NCBI GenBank assembly: GCA_028534125.1
Contig: CM052816.1
Coordinates: 34,846,001 to 34,910,000, forward strand
Length of the DNA stretch: 64,000 nt
Direction: 5' to 3'
Origin: Lama glama
Taxonomy: Eukaryota
This document shows, piece by piece, positions 1 through 11,272 of this stretch (position 1 is the first letter of the stretch; every line of letters begins with the position of its first letter). A model generated the notes under the pieces. It was not told the origin of the DNA. It made no database searches and saw only the letters and a program-made list of their open reading frames with translations. The position numbers were made by a program, and so were the translations under genes.

Positions 1-70
1 TCCATTTTGTGGGTAAAAACTAAATCACATCCATAATTCCACTGTACTGGGCACACAGACACTGCCATTT

Positions 71-101
71 ATGTCACAGTATACTGAAAAAGAGCCAGCA
101 G
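71..101 (+). CDS. PJA2: PJA2 first coding exon (exon 2), MSQYTEKEPA; the preceding bases 1-70 are probably 5' UTR of the same exon
   Basis: ATG at 71 reads MSQYTEKEPA, matching the praja-2 N-terminus, then donor G|GTAAGC at 101/102. Phase 1 fits the next exon. Confidence 0.93.
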
Positions 102-374
102 GTAAGCAAGGAGTCTCTGTCAGTTCCTCCACATTGAGGACTTTGTATTTCCCTCCAGAGTCCTTTAGTACCATAGGTGACACACGATCATGGTCTTACT
201 TAGAGCCAGTTTCGATCTATATATTGAATATGTATAAAGCTTGATTTCTAATTTTTGATTAAAAATTGAGTTTAAGAAAAAATTCTTTTATTTTCTTTCT
301 ACACTCCTTTGATATCTATTGTGCTTTGCACTTTGGAAGCTCCTTTTTGGAGGTGTTGCTAAGGGTACTCGTTC

Positions 375-520
375 TAGAGTCAACATTGGGTTACTGGACA
401 AGATCTTAAGTAATTAATCTTAATCCTAATTTTTTGATCTTTAGAACAAAATAACAGTATCTACCTCATAAGGTTTGTTAGGGGATGAAGTAACATAATG
501 CAACACTTGGTATTATATGT
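375..520 (+). mobile_element. MIR SINE fragment
   Basis: Degenerate MIR core: aaaataacagtatctacctcataaggtttgttaggggatgaag. Confidence 0.55.
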
Positions 521-1031
521 TATGAATACATGTTTGTTTTCTTTGTGCTTAGAGGCAATTATATTTCTTATTTTAATGCCGTAAAGCAAAAACTAAGTAA
601 CTGTTTCATTTATTGACTATTCTATATACTGTGAGAATGTATTCTGTTTAGTGCCTGTACGATATATGTAAAATCCAACTGACTAAGCACATTTATACTA
701 TGTGTGTGAGATAATGTTCTACTTAGTAAAAGACACTTCTGTTTGCTACTGTATATCACTCAGGCATCAGAACTTAGTATTCAAGTTGTACACATGTTGG
801 TGGCTTTTCTTACCATATGTATACCATTGGTAGTATTTAAAGGTGTTGAAGCATATGTTTGACTTGGCTCATCAGTATTTTCTTTTGGTGAATTTTACCA
901 GACCCTAATCTTTGGGATATATTTTATTTGGTCCAGTTCATTTTTTATGATAGTACAGATACCATTTAAAGAAATTACTTGTTACCTGTGACAGGAATGT
1001 ATTCACTTTTATATCATATCGTGTGCGAGGA

Positions 1032-1130
1032 ATTCATTCAACAAATATGTATTGAGCACTTGTACATAAGGTACTTAGGTAATTTGGAGGATCATTCTCC
1101 AATCCTTGAGGAGCTTTTGCAGTTTAGTAA
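1032..1130 (-). mobile_element. L2 3' end fragment
   Basis: ttcattcaacaaatatgtattgagcac is the reverse complement of the L2 terminus. Confidence 0.6.
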
Positions 1131-1196
1131 CTTGGCACATGGAAAAAAATTTTGGTAGGTATACGAATCTGAAATACCTTGAAAGAACCAAACTTT

Positions 1197-1396
1197 TCTT
1201 TTTTTTAATTGAAATATAATCAGTTTACAATGTTGTCAATTTCTGGTGTACAGCATAATGCCTCAGTCATACATATACAAACATATATCCATTTTCATAT
1301 TCTTTTTCATTATAGATTACTACAAGATATTGAGTATAGTTCCCTGTGCCATACAAAAGAAACTTATTTATCTATTTCACATATACTAGCTAATAG
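1197..1396 (-). mobile_element. 5'-truncated L1 3' end (~200 bp) with 12-bp TSD
   Basis: Poly-T followed by artiodactyl-type L1 3' UTR (attgaaatataatcagtttacaatgttg...gttccctgtgccatac). Direct repeat GAACCAAACTTT at 1185-1196 and 1397-1408; minus-strand target TT/AAAG. Confidence 0.85.
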
Positions 1397-1603
1397 GAAC
1401 CAAACTTTAAATGGTGTTTTAGGGGGTAAAGAGGTAACAGTCATAACATAGTATTTCATGTTTATTTTTATGGTGCAAGTAAGGTGCACTTGATGTTCAG
1501 TAGCATATGATTTGGCGAATAGTAACATATATATTGAAACTTTACCCCAGATGTCAGAATAAAGGTCATTGCTGTGCCTCTTATTTTTAACTCTGTTTCT
1601 CAG

Positions 1604-1804
1604 CAATGGATCAAGAATCCAGCAAGGCTGCCTGGCCCAAACCAGCAGGAGGATATCAGACAATCACAGGCAGGAGATACGGCAGAAGACATGCATATGT
1701 CAGTTTTAAACCATGTATGACTAGGCATGAAAGAAGCTTAGGTCGGGCTGGTGATGACTATGAAGTGTTGGAACTAGATGATGTTCCAAAAGAAAATTCC
1801 TCAG
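1604..1804 (+). CDS. PJA2: PJA2 exon 3 ([30 protein letters not shown]...KENSSG)
   Basis: Polypyrimidine tract plus CAG acceptor at 1601-1603 and donor G|GTATGC at 1804/1805. 201 nt, phase 1-1. Contains the conserved praja motif [25 protein letters not shown]. Confidence 0.97.
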
Positions 1805-3248
1805 GTATGCAGCACAGAATTATTTAAAAGCTATTAATAAGCATGTAAGAATTGATCTTATAATACTTGAAATAGTGAGTTGGTTTTATGTGTATCTGTG
1901 AGTATAAATGCTGTATATTTTCTATCAAGTAATTCTGTTTTTAAATTTTTATTGAATTTGATGTTAATAGTATGTACATTGAAACATGAAAGAAAGTACA
2001 ATGTGGCTAATCACTAAATTATAACTACATTGTTATGGCAGTGGTTATATTGTCATGTCATATCCTTCAGCCAGAGGATATCTTCCATCTTTCAATCAAA
2101 AAACATTTTTTAATGTGAACTGAGTATATTTTCCCTGCATATTACATTTAAATGTTTCTTGTTGTTTTATGTGTAAAACATAAATTTAACTGGATTAATT
2201 TGATTTTTTTAGAATCGTTCTATAAAATACAAATGTCAAGTAATGCTTAGCCATTCAATTAAAATTTCTTAATTATTCATTGGTTTGCAAAAGAATTTTA
2301 CAGATATTCATAAACTATAACTACACATTTTTGGACTAGAATGTCATCTTCCTCTTGTCCTGAGCAAATTTGATAATTCTGGATTTTTTTTTACTGTTAT
2401 TTATGTGCAAGAATCTGAATTATTAGCTAAGGTCGTTCTGTTAAAGAAGACTTTTTGTGACATGACAAGACTTCTTTTCAGTTATTTATAATTTATAAAT
2501 TTTTGTTCCAACGAGTCTGAATGTCTATTTTTTATTATTACATTGGTGGTGGTAAAAGATAGTCATGTTTAAAGTAATTTATGAAATAAATATGATTTTA
2601 CTCTTATATCACAATTCTGACAAACCATGGCAAAGAGAATCAACATACTGACTTTTTTGTTATTTTTCAGTCATAGCTATAACATAGCTAAGGTTAATTT
2701 ATTATTATAGATATATTACAGCAATTCATTTTGGGGGTAGAAATCTAATATTATGTATCTATAGACAGATATAATTTTCTGAATTGACATAAAATACAAT
2801 GGAGTCTCTTCTCTGTTAGATCGGTTGCCTGTTCTTATATTGATTATAAGCACTTTTAAAAAAATCTGCATGTAGTAAAAGAACTTAAGTTTGAATTGCA
2901 TACTCCAGCAGCTGGGAGAGCAGATTGGTTACCCTGTGACTTCACTAATGCCTCTCATTGTGTAGTCTCTTATTAGCCTCTCTTTTAAATATCTTTTATA
3001 AAATGTTTTAGGTAGTAGGATTGGGGTGAAAAACGTGCAGAAGACCTACCATAGTATAAATGAATTCATAGGGTAACCAATCTGCCCTCCTAGTGAAGTT
3101 AGGGAGCCTAGAAGCACCTCTCAGAGAAACTGACTCACATTCTCAAATAGGTAATAATTGGTATGATTCCTACTTAAGGAGTCATTATTAAACAAAGTGT
3201 TATCTAAATTAATACCTCTAAATATGTTTTGTTTTGTTCTCTGTGAAG

Positions 3249-4302
3249 GTTCCAATCCATTGGATCAAGTTCATTCTTCTTTACCCAATGGCCCTTTATT
3301 TGAAAAAAGTGAAGCAGAAATTCCCATTGGTGATACAGCATTGAATCAAACCATTGAGAGCAGTCCATCCTTTGCTGCAGTACATCATAGCGAGGAAGGC
3401 AGGGAGACCTTAGGAAGCAGTACAAATCTTCACAGTCACTCTGAGGGAGAATATACTCCAGGAGCTTGTAATGCTTCAAGTGTCCAAAATGGAATTACAC
3501 TGGTTCATACTGACTCTTACGATCCAGATGGCAGACATGGAGAGGATAATGACTGTCTTCAGCTCTCTGCAGAAGTTGTGGAAGGTAGTAGATATCAGGA
3601 AGCACTGGGCAATACAATATTTGAGTTGGAAAATGGAGAGGTAGAAGCATATACTGGTCTTTCACCACCAGTTCCCTCTTTTAACTGTGAATTAAGAGAT
3701 CGGTTTGAGGAGTTAGATTCAGCACCTTTAGTGAAAACTTCTACTGGTGATACCGAGTTTGTCAGTCAGAGCAATCAGGAATTTCAGAGGTCCTCTTCTG
3801 AAGATGAAGATGTTAGAAAGAAACAACAAAATAATACTAGCCAGGAGAGACAAGGAGAAAATTCAACTGAAGATTCAGCCTGTGCTCCTAGGCATATTTG
3901 CAGTGAACAAAATACCAGTGATAGGGACAAAAATCAGGGAAGTTCTCCTGAACAGGTAGTAAGGCCCAAAGTTAGGAAAGTGATAAGTTCAAGCCAGGTG
4001 GACCAAGAAACAGGTTTTAATAGGCATGAGGCTAAGCAGAGAAGTGTTCAGAGGTGGAGAGAGGCTTTGGAAGTTGAGGAAAATGGCTCAGATGACCTCT
4101 TAATAAAATGTGATGACTATGATGGAGAACATGACTGTATGTTCTTGGATCTGCCTTTCGCAAGAGTTACACAGAGTGAAACAGACAATAACCAGATAAC
4201 ACCAGAAGGTGGAGCCACAGCAGGAAGGCAAGAAGTTGTGGATAACACATTTTGGAATGGCTGTGGAGATTATTACCAACTGTATGACAAAGATGAAGAT
4301 AG
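3249..4302 (+). CDS. PJA2: PJA2 exon 4, large (1054 nt) acidic/disordered region
   Basis: Acceptor ...ctgtgaAG at 3247-3248 and donor AG|GTAAGT at 4302/4303. Lies within ORF 3197-4306 and contains [24 protein letters not shown] and [17 protein letters not shown] of praja-2. Confidence 0.97.
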
Positions 4303-4811
4303 GTAAGTTTCTGTGCAGTGCTTTGTGAGATTGTGTAGTGAGCAAAGTGGTGTATTTCTAGTACCATGATGCTTATGGATGAGCTCTGTGACCATGGTCA
4401 TGGGATTAGATATTTCAACTTATCAAGTAATCTTATTAATCAAGTGCTGACCATATATGTAAACTACTGGTTAGATTTTTCACAGCAACTTTCTTTGAGA
4501 TGTTTTCAGGACTTTACAAAAATTGTAAGTTTAGGCAATGATTATTAATTATTATAAAAAGATAGAGATACTAATATTTCAATTCATGGTTTTTCAGTTA
4601 GTCAAATGCAAAGTAAATATTTATTGTATTTTTTAAAGATTTCTGTGTTAAGCCAGTCTGGGTTTAAAAAGTAATTAAGATCACAGAAATTTTTGGTAAT
4701 ATTGCATTAACCTTGCCAATATTTATTAATATTACCTGTTCCTCTATTTTTCCTGTTGCTCTTCCTAACACTTCATTTTTTACTTATTTTTATTTAACAT
4801 TTAATTTTCAT

Positions 4812-4980
4812 TAACAACTTTATGTGGTACGTACTATTATTTTCCCCATTCACAGATGAAGAAACTGAGGCACAAGAGCATTTACTAGCTTCCTAAGGTC
4901 AGAAAGCTAGTAAAAGGTGGAGCTAGAATTTGAATATCTACTTACTGCCTATCTCCAGGCTCTGTGTTCTTTACCACTAT
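4812..4980 (-). mobile_element. MIR SINE
   Basis: cccattcacagatgaagaaactgaggcac...aaggtcagaaagctagtaa...ggagctagaatttgaa, the MIR core. Confidence 0.8.
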
Positions 4981-5534
4981 AATTAACTGTTTTCAAGAGA
5001 ACATATAACTTATCTTATAATAAGCATTTTGATTCCTCTTATATAGATTCCTTTTTTCCCCAAACTGTAGGATAGCAGAAAGAACAGAGAAATGGAGAAT
5101 GTCTTTTTCCAACTGCTGACTTTTCATTACCCCAGAATCTAGACTTTCACTTATCCTTTTAGTTGTAAGCGTTGCCATGCTCAAATACAGTGCAATTTCA
5201 GATTTTATTAACTTATAGAAATAATTTTTATTTTATAACTAAAAAGTACTACAAAGGAAGAAATTTATCCTTTTGAATATGAATGCATTTTATAGATTTT
5301 ACTTCATATCATAAAATTAATAAAATTTTGATTTTCTTTGGACATATGAATTAAACTTCTATAATATAGTATATGAGTAATTTGTAGAAACAATTGAAAT
5401 ATAATTTCTACTGCTATCTTGAAGTTTGTAAACTTGAAGAGTTCGCAGACAATATGTATGTAACCTACTATTTTTTAAGCTAAGGGTAAAGTGAATTAAG
5501 AACTTTTGCCTGATTTATTTCTATATTTTCAATT

Positions 5535-5823
5535 TAGGTCCACAGTCTTTTATCCAAAATCCACAAAGTTCTAAAAACAGAAATTGGCAGTAAAACCCGA
5601 TGAAGGCAGACCTAGGTCTAAACTCAAATGAGGGGTTTTTTTCAAGTCTTCATACATTTACTACAGAAATATGAATGTGTTTGATCTCTGGATATTGGCT
5701 TAGACCCAATTGCCCACTGGACTGGCAGTTGTTAAGTAATATTCCTAAATCCTGGGGAGGGGAGGACATCTAAATTCCAAAACATATTCAGCTCTAAGAT
5801 TTTTGGATTGAATTTTGAACCTC
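5535..5823. mobile_element. Tigger-like (Tc1/mariner) non-autonomous DNA transposon relic
   Basis: Degenerate terminal inverted repeats: aggtccacagtcttttatccaaaatc versus gatttttggattgaattttgaacct. Confidence 0.45.
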
Positions 5824-6487
5824 TGTTACTACTAAAAGCAACAATTTAATAGTCTTGTCTTTTTGAAAGTGTAAGGTGGTTGCATTTTTTTACCACATTT
5901 TTGCTTTTTTGAAGAAAATAATTTAATTTGACTGTGCCTTCTCCTTTCTAGACACACTAATCAGAAGTAAAGACCTCTTTTGTTTGCTTTTTAAAGCCAG
6001 GCCTAATGTCTTCTGTTGATGAAATCTTTATGCTGTTTGCCAACCTCAAGAAAAAGGGTGTTCTTGGCTCTTGGTTTTTAAATAGATTTTTTTTGTTGTT
6101 AATATTACAAATGTTTGCTTTGCCTAGAATGATTCTGGACTTTTAAGGGTTATAGGGTATTTTCTTAGTATATTTATTTATAATTTCTTTCCTTAAGTGA
6201 TATGTCAGTATTCTGAACAATGACAGATTTTTCTAGAAACAGAATATATAGATAAGAAAAACACTTATAGTAAATAGATTTTTTTTTTGACTTTTTAGTA
6301 ATATATAAACTTACGGAACCTGTAATTAGGGTGTGCTTAAATGATGGAACTAATTTTGGAGTATTCTTTAAGACACAGTGAAATGCAGAAACACTGTTTT
6401 GTTTTTGTTTGTTTTTTAAGGTTCTCATCACAGATTAAGTTTTCAAGGATAATGATTGTACCTAGGATTCCACTTATATTTGCGTCT

Positions 6488-6521
6488 TTAAGCCTTAAAA
6501 TACGTTAAGCCTTAAAATACG
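6488..6521. repeat. Perfect 17-bp tandem duplication (TTAAGCCTTAAAATACG)x2
   Basis: Read directly from the sequence. Confidence 0.9.
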
Positions 6522-7134
6522 TTTTATTACCTCATTTCAATAGTCTGTACAATCTTGAGAAGTAATTCTATTTCTCTGTTACTGTTTTCAAGTTCCTCTA
6601 CCCTTACATACTCTCTGCAAAGAATCACAGTTCCCAGAATGCCTTTTAATATGGTGCCAGATAAAGGTTGAAATTTAGTAGCTGTACAGTCATGTTTAGT
6701 TTCATTTTGCTACTTGTTTATCTTCCTAATATTTTACTGTAGTCCTGCCCAGTTATGATATTCACAGACTGGAGAAATAGGGAAACACAGTAACTCTACC
6801 ATCAATATCTTGAGAAGGAGAGTCTAGATAACTTCTGCTCTGAGTCTGAGGGTTTTACTGCATTTTCTCTGCTTTGTAAAACTTAAAGATGATATACTTG
6901 AAAAATTTTCTTGTCATGTTTGTAATTATAATAGCTACAAATAGGACTCTCTTACCAAGAACATAAACTAAAATTTACTGTAACATTTTTAGGTATAGTA
7001 ATTTTTGGCCACTTAAATATGTACTTTACATATTCTTCATAAGTGGAAAAGTATTTTAATGAATACATGACCCACTTCTTTCCTGAAAAATTTTAAATGA
7101 TCACTTAATCACATCTGAAACATTACACTCTACG

Positions 7135-7490
7135 GGATAAGCATTGCAGCTGGTAGCATTGCTCTGAGATATTTGACAGGAACTGAGCACCATCTTATTA
7201 AATTAGAACAGCAAGGGGAATTTTAATAGGCAGCATATAATTACCAAAGTTGGAATTAGACCAAAGAACTAAGGTTAATACCCTGCTGTTTTGAAATTTA
7301 CCCTGAGAACTTAGTAAACTGTTTGAGGACAAGATCATTACTTTAAAAGAACCTTTCAGCAATGCCAGCACATTTTAACCTTGAGCTTAATTGTTCCAAA
7401 GAGAGGTCTCCTGACCACTTCTTACAGCACTTGAGATTTCTGTGAGAGGCTCTGTCCCTAGACCTCAGCCTTGCTTAAAAGATAAGAAAC
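7135..7490 (-). mobile_element. AmnSINE1-like ancient 5S/Deu-domain SINE
   Basis: Three collinear blocks resemble the reverse AmnSINE1 consensus as recalled: gacaggaactgagcac...gcaaggggaattttaataggcagcatataattaccaaagttggaatt, then ggttaataccctgct, then cacttcttacagcac...cagccttgctta. Confidence 0.65.
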
Positions 7491-7609
7491 CTTACCTAAG
7501 ATAAAGATGTCAGGGCAACTTTTTGTTGTTGATGACTTTGAGAGAATAAAAGTAATATTAATCATTTAGTCGATTTCAGTTTGATGTATTCAAATCCTTC
7601 CAAGGATCA

Positions 7610-7685
7610 GATTCTGTTCCAGTTGCTCTGTAAGTACAAATAATAATGATTCTGTTCCAGTTACTCTGTAAATACAAATAATAAC
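7610..7685. repeat. 38-bp tandem duplication, 3 mismatches
   Basis: gattctgttccagttgctctgtaagtacaaataataat / gattctgttccagttactctgtaaatacaaataataac. Confidence 0.9.
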
Positions 7686-9394
7686 GTTGCCTTGGTGTTC
7701 ATTGGCCTTATAAGAAATATGAAATATGTGGATAATTATCATGAGGCTAAATTAAGCTCTTTTCCTGTTCTGTATATTAGCTGAAAACCGTGAAGAAAGA
7801 GCTCCCCTGATGTCACTGTCTCCCAACAAGTAAAACATACATGAGCAGCCAAACACAGATCTTTAAACACATGCTTTAATATTTTAGCAAAGCTTTTTAA
7901 TCTTGTTTCCAATTTCATACACGTTTAGGAGTAAGTTAGGGATAAATAACTTTGCTCCTTAGGCATGCTAGGGAGTCATAGATTACAGTATTTTGATATT
8001 AAGGGAAGAGACCAGAATATTGTAAAAGGCAGGCACAATTCAGAAAGAACAATCATTTGGGCCTTATTCACTAAATTTAGTATCCTTACAGATTTGAACA
8101 ACTTCTATTTGTATCACTTTATTATAACATAGTTCAGTGTTATTAGTACTGAAGAGCCCCAAACTGCTTAGATTGTGTTCAGTATACTGTTTTGGAAGGT
8201 GCAGAGACGTATATGATGTGTTTTAATATAATTTTCTTCCAGAGTATTTTCAGTAAAATTCAAGACATATTTTTGATTCACAGCTCATCAGATAATAAAA
8301 TTATCTAAAATTTCACTTTTCCCTAGTTGAGTTTTTGTAAATGTGATAAATGCCAAGGAAGACAGACAAACCAGTTCCTTGGGCGATTTAGGGAATAAGA
8401 GGTTGCTTTTGGCTGGTTTTACTTCTATATGTTATTTCTACCTAGGATTTGTATGTAAAACATTTTGTCTAGAAGCCACATATAATTTATGTGAAAAAGG
8501 TTTTTCATTTCACAACTGAATGTGTAAAGAGTGTGATATTTGAATGCATTATAGTTCTACTTTTGGATATAGCTTTAAATGTTAATGGGAAACAGTACTG
8601 ATGAAAGTTCATATGAAAGTCACAGTGATACTTTTTTAGTTTTTACTTTGAGACATTTAAAATGTTTAATTCAATGCTTTTATAATCAAGAACAAAGGGT
8701 TCACACTATTCCAAGATCATTTTGTGTCCTATTTGTTCTGTTGCTTGTTCTCCTTGAAAGGTTATTTTTTACATCTTTTCTCTTTTTGCTGTTAGTTCTT
8801 TACACTCCTGTCACTATTAGTAGATAACTTTATCTGTGCTTTTCTGGAGGTACTGAAATAATGTGACTGTTCTTGTTTTCCTCTCCATTAGCATACATAT
8901 TAACATACCAACATAAAATCTGTTATCATCTGTTCCTATTTTAAATTTCTTCTTCAATGAAGAGAGGTAAATTTTCTCATTCGGTGGTTATAGTCATATC
9001 TGATACCTTATGTATCTGTTATCTTTACTCCTAGGTTGCTTCTCTAATTTTTCTAAATCCTGGGGGAAACCTTCACTTGATCTTACTCCCTCTTCTGACT
9101 ACTTGCCTGTTTATGTTTTCTCCTTCACTGCTGAATTTTCAGAATAAGTATTCCACACCCCAGCCACGCTTCCTTTCCTTCAATATCCACTCTTATTAAA
9201 TGCCTCAAAATCTAACTCCTTGTATTGTATCTATATTCTCTTAAGTTAACAGTGACCTCCCAACTTCCATAACCAATTGACTTTTACTCAGTACCCATTT
9301 TCTTTGACTTCAGGGCTTCCATTGAGCTGTTCGCCCTTTCTACTCCATAGTTTCTCCATTGACCTCTGTCGATGTTTCTTTGTTCGTCTTCTTT

Positions 9395-9601
9395 GAGGTC
9401 TGCAAACTTTTTTTAAAAAAGGTAGATTAGATAGTAAATGTTTCAGGCTTTGTGGACCAAAAGGCAAAATGAAGGATATTATTTAGGTACTTATATGACC
9501 ATTTCATAATGCGAAAGAAAATCCTTAGCTTCCAGGCCAGTTAGAAACAGACAGGTGGCAAGATTTGGCTCATGGGCCATGGCATAATTTACTGACCTCT
9601 G
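9395..9601 (+). mobile_element. MER58-family hAT-Charlie MITE
   Basis: TIR-like ends gaggtctgcaaact / aatttactgacctct; internal agatagtaaatgtttcaggctttgtgg. Confidence 0.65.
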
Positions 9602-9764
9602 GTATAAAGCTTGCTGACCAGAAGGGCGATACTCAGTAAGACTGAGAATGTCAAGTTGGTTTTCTTTGGGAGAGAAAAGAGGAAAATGGTGGTGTGCTGA
9701 TAGGAAACCCAACTGAAAAATCTAAGCAGATAGCTTATACAGTGAAAGAAGTAACTACCACCTT

Positions 9765-9980
9765 TATTAAATTTTTACCAATTTCCAAAAATTGTGTTAA
9801 ACATTTTATCTGTATTACTCATTTAAACATCACTGTAGACCTGAAAAGTAAATATTAATATCCTCATTTTACAGATGAGGAAACGTGAGCTCAGGAAAGT
9901 TCATTGCCCAGGCTTGTGGTAGTAAGTACTGAGCAAATCCTAACCCAACTCTATCAGACTTGAAAGCTTGCTCTCTACAG
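9765..9980 (-). mobile_element. MIR SINE
   Basis: atcctcattttacagatgaggaaacgtgagctcagg, the MIR core. Confidence 0.75.
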
Positions 9981-11099
9981 CCAGGGTGAAAAAGAAAAGG
10001 CTGTTGTATGTTATAGATGGAATTTTCACCTGATGTTAAATATAGTACTTTCTTCAATAAAGAAATTGCCTGTGGTAGGTTTTTTGTTTTTCATACTTAA
10101 AAATCTTAATCATAATTGCATCATTTTCTCTGACTAGACCTCTGAGCCAGTTTGGACTTTTAGAGCTACAAATTAGTAGTAGACATTAAGTTTGAAATTT
10201 GTCATAGATAAAAATGTGCAGAATGAAATACAGTAGGGAATTATTGATATATGCACTGTTAGAATGTTTTCTATATATAAACTCATTTACTCCTTACATG
10301 AACTCAGTGAGCTATTAGATACTGTTATTACAGTCACCTGATATGTGAGACAGTAAAGGCCCGGAAAGGTTAAGTAACTGTTTAACAGCCACTGGTGGAT
10401 TCACATCCAGCCCAGCTATCTCCAGAACCTGTGTTCTCAGCTGCTGTCACCTTAAGACACAGTGTTGATGTACATCTGTGGCAAAAATTGTGACGACAGT
10501 AGGCAAATGGCTTAAGTTTATAAAATACTACTTTAGTGAAGAACTGGAAGATTTTTGGAATAATATTATAAATGTACTGCTGGGTATATATTGAAGTGAT
10601 AGCGATATTCAGAATGTTTTTTAGCTGAGTTGAGGGAGTTGGGATTAAACTTCGGAACACCAATTAATGATTAATTGCCTGGTCTAGGCATGGAGAAAAG
10701 CACTTGAACCAAGGGTTTTGTTTGTTTGTTTTTTGTTTTTAATTTTTTTTAGGGGAAATGGAGAAAAAGTAGCTAGAATATAAGAGCCATTGTACCGAAA
10801 AAATGGAAAGTAAGAAAGACTTAAATGTGGAAAGTTTGAAAGGAGTCAGACATGTGGTTTCCTGCTTGAGGGCAGGGTAATATCATCATTAGCAGATAGA
10901 AAATGAAGAAAGGGACTTACATGGCAGGTGAATTTTGCTATAAAAATAATTTTAGAAAAGGAGGGTGAAAATCTAAAAATGTTTGGCCAGCTGTTAGTGA
11001 TTATGAAAGCTTAGTGTGATTGTCAGGTTTGGGATATATGTTTAAAAGTTACCTACTTAGAGGTGAGTGTTTTGTATAATGAGTAGTAGTGATGTAGGC

Positions 11100-11272
11100 C
11101 AGGGATCTGTAGACTTTTTCTTAAAGGGTCAGGTAGTAAATATTTTAGGTTTTTGCTGACTAAAAGGCAGACTCAAAGATAAACATGTAAAAAACTATTT
11201 TTAGCTCACATACCTTAAAAAAAAAGGCGGTAAGCCCAGATTTGGCTTTAAGACTGTAGTTTGCCAGTCCAT
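11100..11272 (+). mobile_element. MER58-family MITE
   Basis: aagggtcaggtagtaaatattttagg...ccagatttggc...tgtagtttgccagtcc. Confidence 0.6.

Noticed and set aside
3197..3248. N-terminal extension [17 protein letters not shown] of the 369-aa ORF
   Set aside because: Intronic polypyrimidine tract upstream of the acceptor at 3249. Read-through tails of the other exon ORFs are likewise intronic.
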